Shown: positions 41,079-50,138 of the stretch, piece by piece
Position numbering within the stretch: position 1 is the stretch's first letter
Layout of the letters: the number at the start of each line of letters is the position of its first letter
Origin: a virus
Length of the DNA stretch: 64,000 bases
Strand: one strand, 5' to 3'
Virus record (IMG/VR): IMGVR_UViG_3300036770_003016
Made by a program: the position numbers and the translations under genes
Notes under the pieces: generated by a model
Database searches by the model: none
The model's input: the letters and a program-made list of their open reading frames with translations, nothing else
What the model was told of the DNA's origin: nothing

Positions 41079-41132
41079 ATTATAACAATAATCTGCCGAA
41101 TTGTCAAGCACTACTGTTGCCAAAAAACAACA
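41079..41132 (-). promoter_or_regulatory. Early promoter with upstream TGTTG-N8-CAACA palindrome
   Basis: TTGACA-N17-TATAAT; palindrome at 41115-41132. Confidence 0.8.
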
Positions 41133-41151
41133 CTAAGTTAGTGAGTACTAA

Positions 41152-41481
41152 CTAACGCCTCATTGCGGCTTGATCTCTTGCCTCTTCATCCGTAAATATT
41201 GGAACAGCATTTGATTTATGTAATGTACCAATACCTTTCATATTATCACCAGTATAATATTGGTCTGGCCGTTTGTAAGTATTATAATAACCAGTATCTT
41301 TAGAAGGAATATATGGTGTTTCTCGTTTAAATACTGTGGGTGTTGGTTTATATTTTGTTACACCAGAAACAGGCTTAATTAATTTAGTACGATTAACTAA
41401 TTCTTGCCATTCTGTTATTAATTGTTTTTGTTTTGTATTGACTTTGCGTTTTTTAGATTTTTGATTTGTAAATATTAACAT
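41152..41481 (-). CDS. Conserved T4-like hypothetical protein
   Basis: YTGDNMKGIGTLHKSNAVPIF...AMRR. Confidence 0.65.
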   Translation of the reverse strand: MLIFTNQKSKKRKVNTKQKQLITEWQELVNRTKLIKPVSGVTKYKPTPTVFKRETPYIPSKDTGYYNTYKRPDQYYTGDNMKGIGTLHKSNAVPIFTDEEARDQAAMRR

Positions 41482-41660
41482 ACTGGTTCTTGCACCTCGA
41501 TATTCATATAATCACGATCACGAGCAACCATACTAATATAATCAGCAAGTTTCTCACCATTACCATCAATAATACATTCAGCAAGTAATTGTATCTCATT
41601 ATTAGTCATTTGATTAATCATACTTGCAGCTTGAATAACTTTAAAAGCGTTCATATTCAT
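41475..41660 (-). CDS. Small hypothetical protein
   Basis: Translationally coupled ORF. Confidence 0.45.
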   Translation of the reverse strand: MNMNAFKVIQAASMINQMTNNEIQLLAECIIDGNGEKLADYISMVARDRDYMNIEVQEPVC

Positions 41661-41989
41661 TATACATTCTCCGTAATATCTTCTTTTAATTCGACTGGAA
41701 AGAAACCGATTCTATCAACACAAAACATTTCATCAGTTTCTAGATTATGAATTACATCACCAACCGAGATACTACGCATATCTTGTAATCGTTCAATAAG
41801 AGATTCATATTCACCAACATTACCAATCATAAAAACATTATCTAATGAGGTGCCATCGATTATAGCAACGATACTATATTCCATTGAAAGAGATTCAACC
41901 AATTCTTTTGTTGGCCGAAACATAATATCGGTGTTACGGAGAATATCGTCATTATCAATTTGAAGAACAGCAAAGCGAGATACTTTCAT
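41660..41989 (-). CDS. YodL-like hypothetical protein
   Basis: LDNVF..GN...MRSISVGDVI....F.VD.IGF. Confidence 0.55.
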   Translation of the reverse strand: MKVSRFAVLQIDNDDILRNTDIMFRPTKELVESLSMEYSIVAIIDGTSLDNVFMIGNVGEYESLIERLQDMRSISVGDVIHNLETDEMFCVDRIGFFPVELKEDITENV

Positions 41990-42018
41990 TTGATTTCCTT
42001 ATCAATCATTATGTAAAC

Positions 42019-42071
42019 ATTATATCAGTATATTGCCGAATTGTCAAGCAGACTGTAGTTTTTTTGCAACA
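42019..42071 (-). promoter_or_regulatory. Early promoter with upstream palindrome (near-duplicate of 41079 block)
   Basis: TTGACA-N17-TATAAT; TGTAG-N8-CAACA at 42054-42071. Confidence 0.75.
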
Positions 42072-42463
42072 GCGTCTGAGTGCTTGCATTTGCGGCGATA
42101 ACCGAAACCGATACATGGGCAAGTAATATATTTACCTATTATATTAAATTCTACAATATAATTTTTGCCTTTTGATGTTACTTTAAACTGGCGGATATTT
42201 TTAGATTTGGTTATTACCGTTTTTTTCTTTTGATAATCATCTTCAGAAATAAATTGCGGTATTAATTTAGATAATCCTTTGTGATTATCTACCACGAATT
42301 TACGGTATCGTTTATCTAGAGTTTGGCGAGATTTGAATATCTGAATCTCATTTGAGTGCCATTTGGCGTATGCGATAACTTGGCCTTTTTTATTGACCAA
42401 GTAGGTGTGATTAGGTTGCCGATAATCGACATCCCATTGTGTGATTTCTTTAAGAATTTCCAT
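42044..42463 (-). CDS. SWIM zinc-finger protein
   Basis: C-terminal CPCIGFGYRRKCKH. Confidence 0.7.
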   Translation of the reverse strand: MEILKEITQWDVDYRQPNHTYLVNKKGQVIAYAKWHSNEIQIFKSRQTLDKRYRKFVVDNHKGLSKLIPQFISEDDYQKKKTVITKSKNIRQFKVTSKGKNYIVEFNIIGKYITCPCIGFGYRRKCKHSDAVAKKLQSA

Positions 42464-42472
42464 AGTTCTTGT

Positions 42473-42525
42473 ATTATAACAGAACCTATGGAATTGTCAA
42501 TAGGCAATGTTGTATTAAAACAACA
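42473..42525 (-). promoter_or_regulatory. Early promoter with upstream palindrome
   Basis: TTGACA-N16-TATAAT; TGTTG-N8-CAACA at 42508-42525. Confidence 0.75.
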
Positions 42526-42562
42526 GCAACATTAATGTTGCTTTAGTAGTGTTAAAGCAACA

Positions 42563-42730
42563 TTAACCTTTCAATAGTTGCCTATTGTCTGATTCTCTAA
42601 GGTCTTCTTCAAATTCAGCAACCTTGAGCCGATTGAGTTCGGTTTGTAATTGCAATTTCGCACCCTCATCTCTTGCAATCTTTTCCTCAAGTTCACGAAT
42701 CTGTCTTTTCAATTCATCTTTATGTGACAT
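42563..42730 (-). CDS. Small coiled-coil protein (55 aa)
   Basis: Manual ORF MSHKDELKRQIRELEEKI...RQLLKG. Confidence 0.5.
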   Translation of the reverse strand: MSHKDELKRQIRELEEKIARDEGAKLQLQTELNRLKVAEFEEDLRESDNRQLLKG

Positions 42731-42872
42731 ACTCGGTTTTCTCTTCTCTCGCTAAGCGATAAAATGATTTGTCGTGATGTTTCTTTTTTTCAAACTTAAT
42801 AGACTCTTTGTCTTTGTTTTTACGGAATTTTGTTTTGTGAGTCTTTTGAATTTTTTGACCGCCTGAAATCAT
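42720..42872 (-). CDS. Small basic protein (50 aa)
   Basis: Manual ORF MISGGQKIQKTHKTKFRK...; AGGAGG upstream. Confidence 0.45.
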   Translation of the reverse strand: MISGGQKIQKTHKTKFRKNKDKESIKFEKKKHHDKSFYRLAREEKTEYVT

Positions 42873-42891
42873 GTTAGAAAACTAACCTCCT

Positions 42892-43467
42892 TTAAAAGAT
42901 TTGATCGGCAATGCCAAGTTCGATTGCTTCTTCAGCCGTAAACCAAACATCACTTGGCGGGAGAAATTTGGTTTTGATTGTACGAGATTCTAGACCCGTA
43001 AATTCTTTGAGTAGTGTCACCATTCTATCATTGATAAGTTCAGTCTCTTTCATTGTAGACCGCATATCATGGTACTTACCATTGTTAGTATAACTAAATT
43101 GATGGCACATAATGCTTGCTGTCTCAGAAACGAACCGATGTCCTTTGGTGCCAGCTGTGAACACCATAAATGCAGATGAACATACAGAACCAATAGCAAT
43201 AGTGCGAATCACTTTGCGAGATTTCTTCATCACTTCAATCAGAGCAAATGCATCTTGCAAATTGCCGCCATCAGAATTGATATACATCGTCAACTCACCT
43301 TGGTCATCTTTCAAGTTCTCATAGATGATCCAACGAATTGCAGCCAATGTGTTTTCTTCGTTAATATCTCCAGTTAAAAAATGAATACGATTATTGAGCA
43401 TAACAGAATCTATGCCCTCATTCATAGCAATTACATTCTCAAGTTTTTCGGTCATTTTCTTTACCAT
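42892..43467 (-). CDS. clpP: ClpP-like ATP-dependent protease subunit
   Basis: MYINSDGG, GSVCSSA (catalytic Ser), IMCHQ (His), DVWFTAEEAIELGIAD. Confidence 0.85.
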   Translation of the reverse strand: MVKKMTEKLENVIAMNEGIDSVMLNNRIHFLTGDINEENTLAAIRWIIYENLKDDQGELTMYINSDGGNLQDAFALIEVMKKSRKVIRTIAIGSVCSSAFMVFTAGTKGHRFVSETASIMCHQFSYTNNGKYHDMRSTMKETELINDRMVTLLKEFTGLESRTIKTKFLPPSDVWFTAEEAIELGIADQIF

Positions 43468-44225
43468 TACAGGTTATCATTAGTATTTAAAGTTAAAACA
43501 AGTCCATTATCTTCAGTTTTCCACGGCAATTGCCCTTTATATTTCTGTTCCATAAATTTATTCCCATTAATGAAGAAATCAGCCTTAACAGAATCACTTC
43601 TATTTCCAACTCTATAATTCAATGTGTATTGTTTTGTGGATTTATATCTAGTTTTGTTTTGGCGCAAAACACTAATCAAAAGTCTATCAACTTCTGGTTG
43701 ATCCAATCGTGTTCTTCTATACCAAATTGGAGAAGTATGTACTGCCATCATTTTAGGTAAAAAGTAACAATTAACATCTACAAAATATTCTTGATCACTC
43801 AAACAAGAAGGCCAAAGTCCTAGGCTCTCACAATCATCATTGCAAATATATTTACCATCACCATCTACAATTTTCCTAAAAGTAAATGCCCAATCATTGC
43901 CCTCTACCGTCTTAACTAAAGATTCAACATGTTCTTCATCTAGCCAATTATCTTCATCTAAAAAAATAAAATAATCAGCATCAATCAAGTAAGGAATGGT
44001 GGCATATATTCTGTGACCATTGTAATTACCTGCGCCAGTATTTTCAGGTAAAAACATAGGTGTGACATTAAAATCTTTTATGATATCACGAACTTTAGTT
44101 TCGTATTCTGGGCCATCACAAACTATAACACTCTTAATATTTTTATATGTCTGTTTAGATACAGAATCTAAATTTTGTTTCAAATATTTGGTGCCTATTG
44201 TAGGCGTCACTACAGCAACTTTCAT
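43467..44225 (-). CDS. Glycosyltransferase family 2
   Basis: VVTPTIG, SVSKQTY, FLDEDNW. Confidence 0.8.
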   Translation of the reverse strand: MKVAVVTPTIGTKYLKQNLDSVSKQTYKNIKSVIVCDGPEYETKVRDIIKDFNVTPMFLPENTGAGNYNGHRIYATIPYLIDADYFIFLDEDNWLDEEHVESLVKTVEGNDWAFTFRKIVDGDGKYICNDDCESLGLWPSCLSDQEYFVDVNCYFLPKMMAVHTSPIWYRRTRLDQPEVDRLLISVLRQNKTRYKSTKQYTLNYRVGNRSDSVKADFFINGNKFMEQKYKGQLPWKTEDNGLVLTLNTNDNL

Positions 44226-44228
44226 TTT

Positions 44229-44651
44229 TTACATTCCAGGATATGCTTCTTGTACGAGCTTAATTGTTAGGTTAGGAATTTTGAATTTTTTCTGCAAAAC
44301 TTTTACTAGTAGTTCAGCTTCGTCTTTATGAAGAGATTCCAAGACAACTACAAGTAATTGTTTCTGTTTTTGTGGAGTAAGACCTGCTGGCCTTAACTTA
44401 TGATCTTTAATAAAACGATACATTTTTTTCACTTCGATACTTAGATATGAAAAGTTCAGTCCTGCTGGTTCAACAGCAGGCCTGTAACTTGGCACTTCAA
44501 CATCAAATTCAACAGATGGTTCTAATGCATACCATAGAAATTCACGAAAGTTTACATGATCATATTTTTTCAAAACTGCAATTCGTTCTTGCTTGTTTTG
44601 TGCTTGTTGAAACTCATCAAGAATTTCAGTCATCAACTTTTCTTTAATCAT
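44229..44651 (-). CDS. Conserved T4-like protein downstream of RNase H
   Basis: LESLHKDEAELL...LVQEAYP motif. Confidence 0.65.
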   Translation of the reverse strand: MIKEKLMTEILDEFQQAQNKQERIAVLKKYDHVNFREFLWYALEPSVEFDVEVPSYRPAVEPAGLNFSYLSIEVKKMYRFIKDHKLRPAGLTPQKQKQLLVVVLESLHKDEAELLVKVLQKKFKIPNLTIKLVQEAYPGM

Positions 44652-45496
44652 TAGAAATCATCCAGTACTTCAATTAAGTTTTTGAGCCGGTTGGCAATCA
44701 TATAGTTCATAAAGTCTTGTTTTGTCTTAGACTCTGTACTTTCGTATTTATTCAAAATGGTTTCTCTGATTGTATTTGGAATCTTAGTCAGATCAATTAG
44801 AGTTTCATTACGAACATAATTTCGCATCATTTCATCGTTACAGAAGTCTTTTGGTTCTTGATTCAACCACTTGATGATCTTGGCTTCAGTAATTGGTTTT
44901 TGGCGGCCGCCTGAAACGAATACATCATCACTCGAAAGAATGTTGGGAATACCATCACCTTTGTCACCACGAATTACCATCTGTTTCAACTGAACAGAAG
45001 GAAATGGTTCTTTTATAAACTTTTTAAGAATTGGCGAATACTGTTCTACATTTGCAAACTTCTGCAATTGTGCAAAGTCTTTATCAGAGGAAAGAATCAT
45101 AACCTTTTCAGAAGAAAACTTTTGTGCAAGAGTACCAATGATATCATCGGCTTCTGCACCTTCAACATCAATTACTTTGTATGGCGAATACTCTTTCAAC
45201 TCTTCACGAATTTTATTCAATGATTCAAAGATAGAAGACCAGTCATGCCCAGAAGCATCTCTGGCCTTCTTACGACCTGCTTTGTAATGAGGATAAATCT
45301 CTCGACGCCAATAATGCTTGTTATCACAGGCAATTACAACTTCTGGGCCATGAGACGATTTAAACTTCTTCACATAGGTACGAATAGTATTCAATATCAT
45401 ATGACGAACTAGGTTTTCATCTACAGAAGTCTTAGATGAACCAATCTGTTCCATAAGATTTGAAATTGCTATTTGTTGATAATCAAAAATAATCAT
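44651..45496 (-). CDS. rnh: RNase H (T4-type 5'-3' exonuclease)
   Basis: YWRREIYPHYKAGRK, EADDIIG, SSDKDFAQL, GDKGDGIPN. Confidence 0.92.
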   Translation of the reverse strand: MIIFDYQQIAISNLMEQIGSSKTSVDENLVRHMILNTIRTYVKKFKSSHGPEVVIACDNKHYWRREIYPHYKAGRKKARDASGHDWSSIFESLNKIREELKEYSPYKVIDVEGAEADDIIGTLAQKFSSEKVMILSSDKDFAQLQKFANVEQYSPILKKFIKEPFPSVQLKQMVIRGDKGDGIPNILSSDDVFVSGGRQKPITEAKIIKWLNQEPKDFCNDEMMRNYVRNETLIDLTKIPNTIRETILNKYESTESKTKQDFMNYMIANRLKNLIEVLDDF

Positions 45497-45508
45497 TTTA
45501 TACTTTCA

Positions 45509-45727
45509 TTAGTCTGTATGTGGAGGAAGATCAACTTCTTCTTCCCAATATCTGCAATAGAAATGGTCTCCATAACTATCTATTTCTTTTTGCGGATAAC
45601 CTTCTGCAACAAGCCAATCGTTAAACTCTTGATATGAAAGATTATCTTTTGGCATTGGTTTTGGAAACCCATACTTCCAACCAGCAGGAGGGTCACACAC
45701 TCTTACAGTTCTAGTCATTGTTTTCAT
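45509..45727 (-). CDS. Hypothetical protein
   Basis: DPPAGWKYGFPK motif. Confidence 0.55.
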   Translation of the reverse strand: MKTMTRTVRVCDPPAGWKYGFPKPMPKDNLSYQEFNDWLVAEGYPQKEIDSYGDHFYCRYWEEEVDLPPHTD

Positions 45728-46211
45728 TCATTATCTCTTTTAGTTTAGAAATAGTTTCATTCACATCTTTGTGCAGTATCGCAATTCCACCAGCTTCATT
45801 GAACGCATCAACAACATCTGGGGTATCGTCAATCAGTAAGTTGCCAGGAAATGCATAGTATTTCTTCACTTTGCGGCCTGGAACAAAATTTTCAGGTACT
45901 TCAATTCCTTGATTATATAACCACAAACGCTTTTGTTGACTTACCTCACTATGGAATGGAATACCGCCTGTTGACGATAGAATTTCAATACGAACAGGTA
46001 ACATGCCAACATAATCGATCAGTTCTGAAAAACCAGGAAACCTATCGAGTGTGGCAAACTGTTCAGTACGAATAAACTCTTTCCAATTCTTTGAAAAGTT
46101 TTTACGATCACGATCTTCACCAGCAGCACCTGTACCAAACAATTCTTTGTACCGTTTGTCGAAGTCTGCAAGGACTCCATCCATATCTAAGTATATTTTA
46201 TTGATCTTCAC
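45711..46211 (-). CDS. HAD-family 5'(3')-deoxyribonucleotidase-like protein
   Basis: YLDMDGVLADF, LIDD, AGGIAILH. Confidence 0.8.
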   Translation of the reverse strand: MKINKIYLDMDGVLADFDKRYKELFGTGAAGEDRDRKNFSKNWKEFIRTEQFATLDRFPGFSELIDYVGMLPVRIEILSSTGGIPFHSEVSQQKRLWLYNQGIEVPENFVPGRKVKKYYAFPGNLLIDDTPDVVDAFNEAGGIAILHKDVNETISKLKEIMNENND

Positions 46212-47281
46212 TTCACTACCCTTAAAAGGATTGTATCATCATTTAAACGACCACTCAAAGCCGATTCTACGGCACGAATATTACTCAATGCATTACGCAA
46301 GTAGACTTTACCACCAGACAATACTTCTGGCAAAGTCACTTCAGGCTTACGCAACTTTTTCTGTATAGACTTTTCTTCACTAAAATTCACAATTGACGAT
46401 CCTTTGACACTTAGACCACCAGCATCAGAAGCCTGATACATACCGAGTTTACGCAACTTGGTATTGTATACCCATAACTGACTAACACCAATTATACTCT
46501 TAATGTCAACAGAAGTCAAGCCGAGTTCTTTAAACTCTCGGCAATATTTTACTTTGGCAACTAATTGTTCTGGTGACTTTTGTTTCTTCTTGCGAGGTTT
46601 ACGAGACTGTGTTGCAATCTCGGCAAATTTGCCAGCATCAATAATTACTTGATCACAATATGCTACAATTTTCTTAAGTTCTGTTTTCTTGAAATTGGAA
46701 TAACCTTCTTTTAGGTCTTCTTCATCAGTATTCAACACATAATCAAACTCTGCTCGTTTCAGTTTCACCCAATCAAGAATTTGTTTTACATGTACACCTT
46801 TTACCTCAAGAGTGTGCATGACAGAATAAGGTGAAACATTGGCTTTGAATGAGGTGTCAATCAGTTCATCAATTTGACCTTCTAGTTCACCAATACAAGC
46901 GTTTGCTTTTTCACGAATACGATCTTGAATATTAGGTCCTGTTTTTACAACAACAGTTTCCTCTTTCTTTTCTGCCAATTCTGTTTTGATAGTTTCAATT
47001 TCAGCATCAAACCATTCTTTGTCTTTTTCTGAAAGAATAGAACCATTGGTTACAATACGACAAATAAAACCAAATGTAGATGTTTTGGCTTTGACTACAG
47101 ATTCGGCACTAAGTTTAAATTTTTTCTTGAAATAATCGACGGCATATTTTGTTGCGTCTTTTTTGGATTTGTTTTGAGAATACCATGACAACATGCTGCC
47201 CAATTCAGAATTGGAAATTTCTTTTGCAACCTTAGGTTCACTACCGACAAATTTTTCGTTCGCATCAAGAATACGAGCCAT
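46208..47281 (-). CDS. Conserved T4-like early protein
   Basis: LWVYNTKLRKLG.Y...SVKGS...KKLRKPE...GRLN.DTILL. Confidence 0.65.
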   Translation of the reverse strand: MARILDANEKFVGSEPKVAKEISNSELGSMLSWYSQNKSKKDATKYAVDYFKKKFKLSAESVVKAKTSTFGFICRIVTNGSILSEKDKEWFDAEIETIKTELAEKKEETVVVKTGPNIQDRIREKANACIGELEGQIDELIDTSFKANVSPYSVMHTLEVKGVHVKQILDWVKLKRAEFDYVLNTDEEDLKEGYSNFKKTELKKIVAYCDQVIIDAGKFAEIATQSRKPRKKKQKSPEQLVAKVKYCREFKELGLTSVDIKSIIGVSQLWVYNTKLRKLGMYQASDAGGLSVKGSSIVNFSEEKSIQKKLRKPEVTLPEVLSGGKVYLRNALSNIRAVESALSGRLNDDTILLRVVK

Positions 47282-47312
47282 TATAAATCTCCATTATTAT
47301 CAATTAACTTAC

Positions 47313-47366
47313 ATTATATATGATTATATGGGAATTGTCAAGCAGGTGTGTTGTTTATTTACAACA
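47313..47366 (-). promoter_or_regulatory. Early promoter with upstream palindrome
   Basis: TTGACA-N17-TATAAT; TGTTG-N8-CAACA at 47349-47366. Confidence 0.78.
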
Positions 47367-47443
47367 GTCTGGATTGATTAACCTGTAAGGCATATACCAC
47401 ATTTGAATAGCGGTATATACCCACAGGTCAAATACGAAAAACA

Positions 47444-47710
47444 TTATTTTGGTTCTTCCTCATTCTTCTTATCTTCATTGCCTTTAAATGCAGATATACC
47501 TAAAACTGCACCCATGGCCATGTGAAAGAATCCTGCGCCTTGAAGTGTCAATGGTGCCCATTGTCTAAAGGCATCATTTTCTGGTTGTACTTCCCAAAAT
47601 TGAATGATTGACCAACCAACTGGTGCAACAACAAAATCAAACAAGCAAACAGAAAGATACATCCAACCCATCATATACTTCCACTTCATCATAGAATATT
47701 TTTCATCCAT
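47444..47710 (-). CDS. Holin-like membrane protein
   Basis: W..MMGWMYLSVCLFDFVVAP...QWAPLTLQGAGFFHMAMGAVLGISA; start reassigned to 47710. Confidence 0.6.
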   Translation of the reverse strand: MDEKYSMMKWKYMMGWMYLSVCLFDFVVAPVGWSIIQFWEVQPENDAFRQWAPLTLQGAGFFHMAMGAVLGISAFKGNEDKKNEEEPK

Positions 47711-47732
47711 GATAGTTCCTTTGTAGTGATGT

Positions 47733-47996
47733 TTAACCTCTTTTCGTCCATGCGCTAATACCAACATACGCACCAACCACACCACCCAAAGCAATCCAGT
47801 ATAATTCTAAAACTCCGTCCAACTTTGTAAGTCTATCATCAGACACAAAGAACATCAATGCAACAGCCGTAAATATCATTGCGGCCAAACTAACCCAAGC
47901 CATTCTCCTACGATTCTTGGCTCGTTGTTCGTATATCTCCAATTCTTTCTCGTTCACAATACCATCATCATTAACATCTATTTCTTCTTTTGACAT
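47733..47996 (-). CDS. Two-TM membrane protein with EF-hand-like N-terminus
   Basis: DVNDDGIVNEKE; RRMAW + two TM helices. Confidence 0.55.
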   Translation of the reverse strand: MSKEEIDVNDDGIVNEKELEIYEQRAKNRRRMAWVSLAAMIFTAVALMFFVSDDRLTKLDGVLELYWIALGGVVGAYVGISAWTKRG

Positions 47997-48520
47997 TAAA
48001 GGTTACCTACTGCTTGAGCAGCTGTTATAGCATAATCTATCATCAACCACCCAATTAAAGCACCAGATAGAACAATCACAGATACTATCACAACTAACTT
48101 TATAGTTTCAAAGAAATCTTTTCTCGCTTTCATCTGATCGATAAACATCTTGTTCCTTTTCTGGCGAACCTCTTCTCTCATTCTTCTAAACTCATCGTAA
48201 CCATCTCTACCAAGATGATTGAGTTCACCATAAAGAAACATATGATAGATTTCTTTTTCCATCTCTATCAATTTCTGTTTTGCTGCAAACATATCAAATG
48301 CTTCAGCTGTGTCACTTTTCGCAAACGATATCTTATCAAAAATACCCGGTTTCTTTTTCTTAATTTCCATTTCGGCAACTGTTCTATGGAAGTCACCAAC
48401 ATGTCCTGCCCAGGTACTCAATTGACTATAGATATCAGATACTTCTCTACCAAGTTCTACTGCCTTTTTAACTCCATTAAAGGCAGCGGTAGCCGCAGCC
48501 ATAATGGTAATCGGATCCAT
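47996..48520 (-). CDS. Hypothetical membrane-anchored protein
   Basis: MDPITIMAAATAAF..VKK start; C-terminal TM. Confidence 0.55.
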   Translation of the reverse strand: MDPITIMAAATAAFNGVKKAVELGREVSDIYSQLSTWAGHVGDFHRTVAEMEIKKKKPGIFDKISFAKSDTAEAFDMFAAKQKLIEMEKEIYHMFLYGELNHLGRDGYDEFRRMREEVRQKRNKMFIDQMKARKDFFETIKLVVIVSVIVLSGALIGWLMIDYAITAAQAVGNL

Positions 48521-48603
48521 TTTTTTGTCCTTTCTTGTTTCATCATAAGAACAAAAAAATCAGTCAGTCAAACTTAGGTATTTAGTTAGGTATTTAGTCA
48601 AGA

Positions 48604-48680
48604 TGGTGCGCCCGGAGGGACTTGAACCCCCAACCAACGGATTATGAGTCCGCTGCTCTGACCAATTGAGCTACAGGCGC
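48604..48680 (-). tRNA. tRNA-Ile2/Met (CAT)
   Basis: Cloverleaf GCGCCTG...GCGGA-CTCATAA-TCCGT...CCA; Ile2 versus Met identity inferred only. Confidence 0.85.
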
Positions 48681-48690
48681 AATGTTTGTA

Positions 48691-49164
48691 TTATACAACT
48701 ATTTTAAGAAGACTTTCAAGGTGTTTTTTGTCTATATCAAGGTACTTAATCACTTCTTCTGGTTTAACGAAAGCATCTTCATTATAATCACACTGTTCCC
48801 ACCACCAAAATTGTTGCTCACGAAGATATTTTCTATCTTTCAATAGATTTATGTTTTCTGGATGTCCAAAAATTGTTGGGTCAGATTGACCAAAAAGAAC
48901 TATACCTGGTTTACCAATATCCCAAGCTAAATGTTGAATAAAACTATCTACAGATATCCAAGTTCTGCAATTTTCAATGAGTGCAGTCAGTTCCAACACA
49001 GTCAAGTTTTTTCTAAAATCATCAACCAATTGTTCTTCACCTTCAATACCAACTTGAACAATTGGTTCTTTGATTAGAGATATTAGTTCAGGCCACCAAG
49101 GATAATTTTTGGGATTATTCTTATCGTTTCTTAATTTTTTAGCATAAGGTGATATCACAATCAT
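48691..49164 (-). CDS. GT9 (heptosyltransferase-like) C-terminal domain protein
   Basis: KNYPWW, ISVDSFIQHLA, GIVLFGQSDP..FG. Confidence 0.7.
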   Translation of the reverse strand: MIVISPYAKKLRNDKNNPKNYPWWPELISLIKEPIVQVGIEGEEQLVDDFRKNLTVLELTALIENCRTWISVDSFIQHLAWDIGKPGIVLFGQSDPTIFGHPENINLLKDRKYLREQQFWWWEQCDYNEDAFVKPEEVIKYLDIDKKHLESLLKIVV

Positions 49165-50138
49165 TTTTCTACTCCATACAATTTTCTAAATGCATTTTCG
49201 AGACTATCTTTCCATTTCCATTGATCCATTTTAGTATAAACATTAAACGAACTAATATCACCAAATCTTTGAATTGCCTCAGCAATACTTTTGCCAGGAA
49301 TTATTTCTGGATAACAAGAAAACACTATTGGATTCTGAATGTCTTTCAATACTCGTTTGAATACGATATGATCACCTAAACCACAATCTAAAACAACTGG
49401 TGTATATTCTTTTAATCCTAAAATATTGTTAAATATTTGTTCATCGTGAGCAAACATCTCTTGAGTACTAGTTCTAATACCACCTTGACGATTCTTTAGA
49501 TGCCAAACTACAGCATCAGGTACAACCAATAGTCTATATCCCTTTTGCCTAAATGCATAAGTGAATAATGTCTCTTCTCTGTGTGCAGCTCTAGACAATG
49601 CCAAATTGTAATCACATATTCCAGCACGATACAGAAATGAACAATGTAAATGATCGACCTCTCTCACAACTCTAACATGATCCCATTGCATGTTGGGTTC
49701 ATGCCAAATATCTTCTATTTTTCCTGTACAAGCAATTCGTATAGTTTCAAATGGAGGTGTTAAAACTGAACCACCAACAGCACCAACATCATCATGATTT
49801 TGGATATAAGAATACAAATTCTTTAAAGTATTAGGCTCTGCAACAGTATCGTCATCCAACCTCCAAACTAAATCATAACCCATTTTATTTGCAATTTGAT
49901 GATTAAAGTGTTGGCCTTTTTTAAGACCAAACAATACTTGCCAACCAATATTTTTTTCTTCCAAAATAGAAAACAAATACGCATAATGTTGCATCTCTCG
50001 CATATCTTTTGGTTCATCATTGTCATCAAAAATGACCAAATGATCTGGTAATTTTTCTTGTGCAATTACAGATTGTATTGCCATAGGTAAAGTAGTATCA
50101 TACCTTCCTCTAGTTGATATGGAACAAAGTACTCTCAT
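49161..50138 (-). CDS. GT2 glycosyltransferase with GT9-like C-terminal segment
   Basis: FDDND, RLDDD, HREET; GLGDHIVF near the C-terminus. Confidence 0.7.
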   Translation of the reverse strand: MRVLCSISTRGRYDTTLPMAIQSVIAQEKLPDHLVIFDDNDEPKDMREMQHYAYLFSILEEKNIGWQVLFGLKKGQHFNHQIANKMGYDLVWRLDDDTVAEPNTLKNLYSYIQNHDDVGAVGGSVLTPPFETIRIACTGKIEDIWHEPNMQWDHVRVVREVDHLHCSFLYRAGICDYNLALSRAAHREETLFTYAFRQKGYRLLVVPDAVVWHLKNRQGGIRTSTQEMFAHDEQIFNNILGLKEYTPVVLDCGLGDHIVFKRVLKDIQNPIVFSCYPEIIPGKSIAEAIQRFGDISSFNVYTKMDQWKWKDSLENAFRKLYGVEK

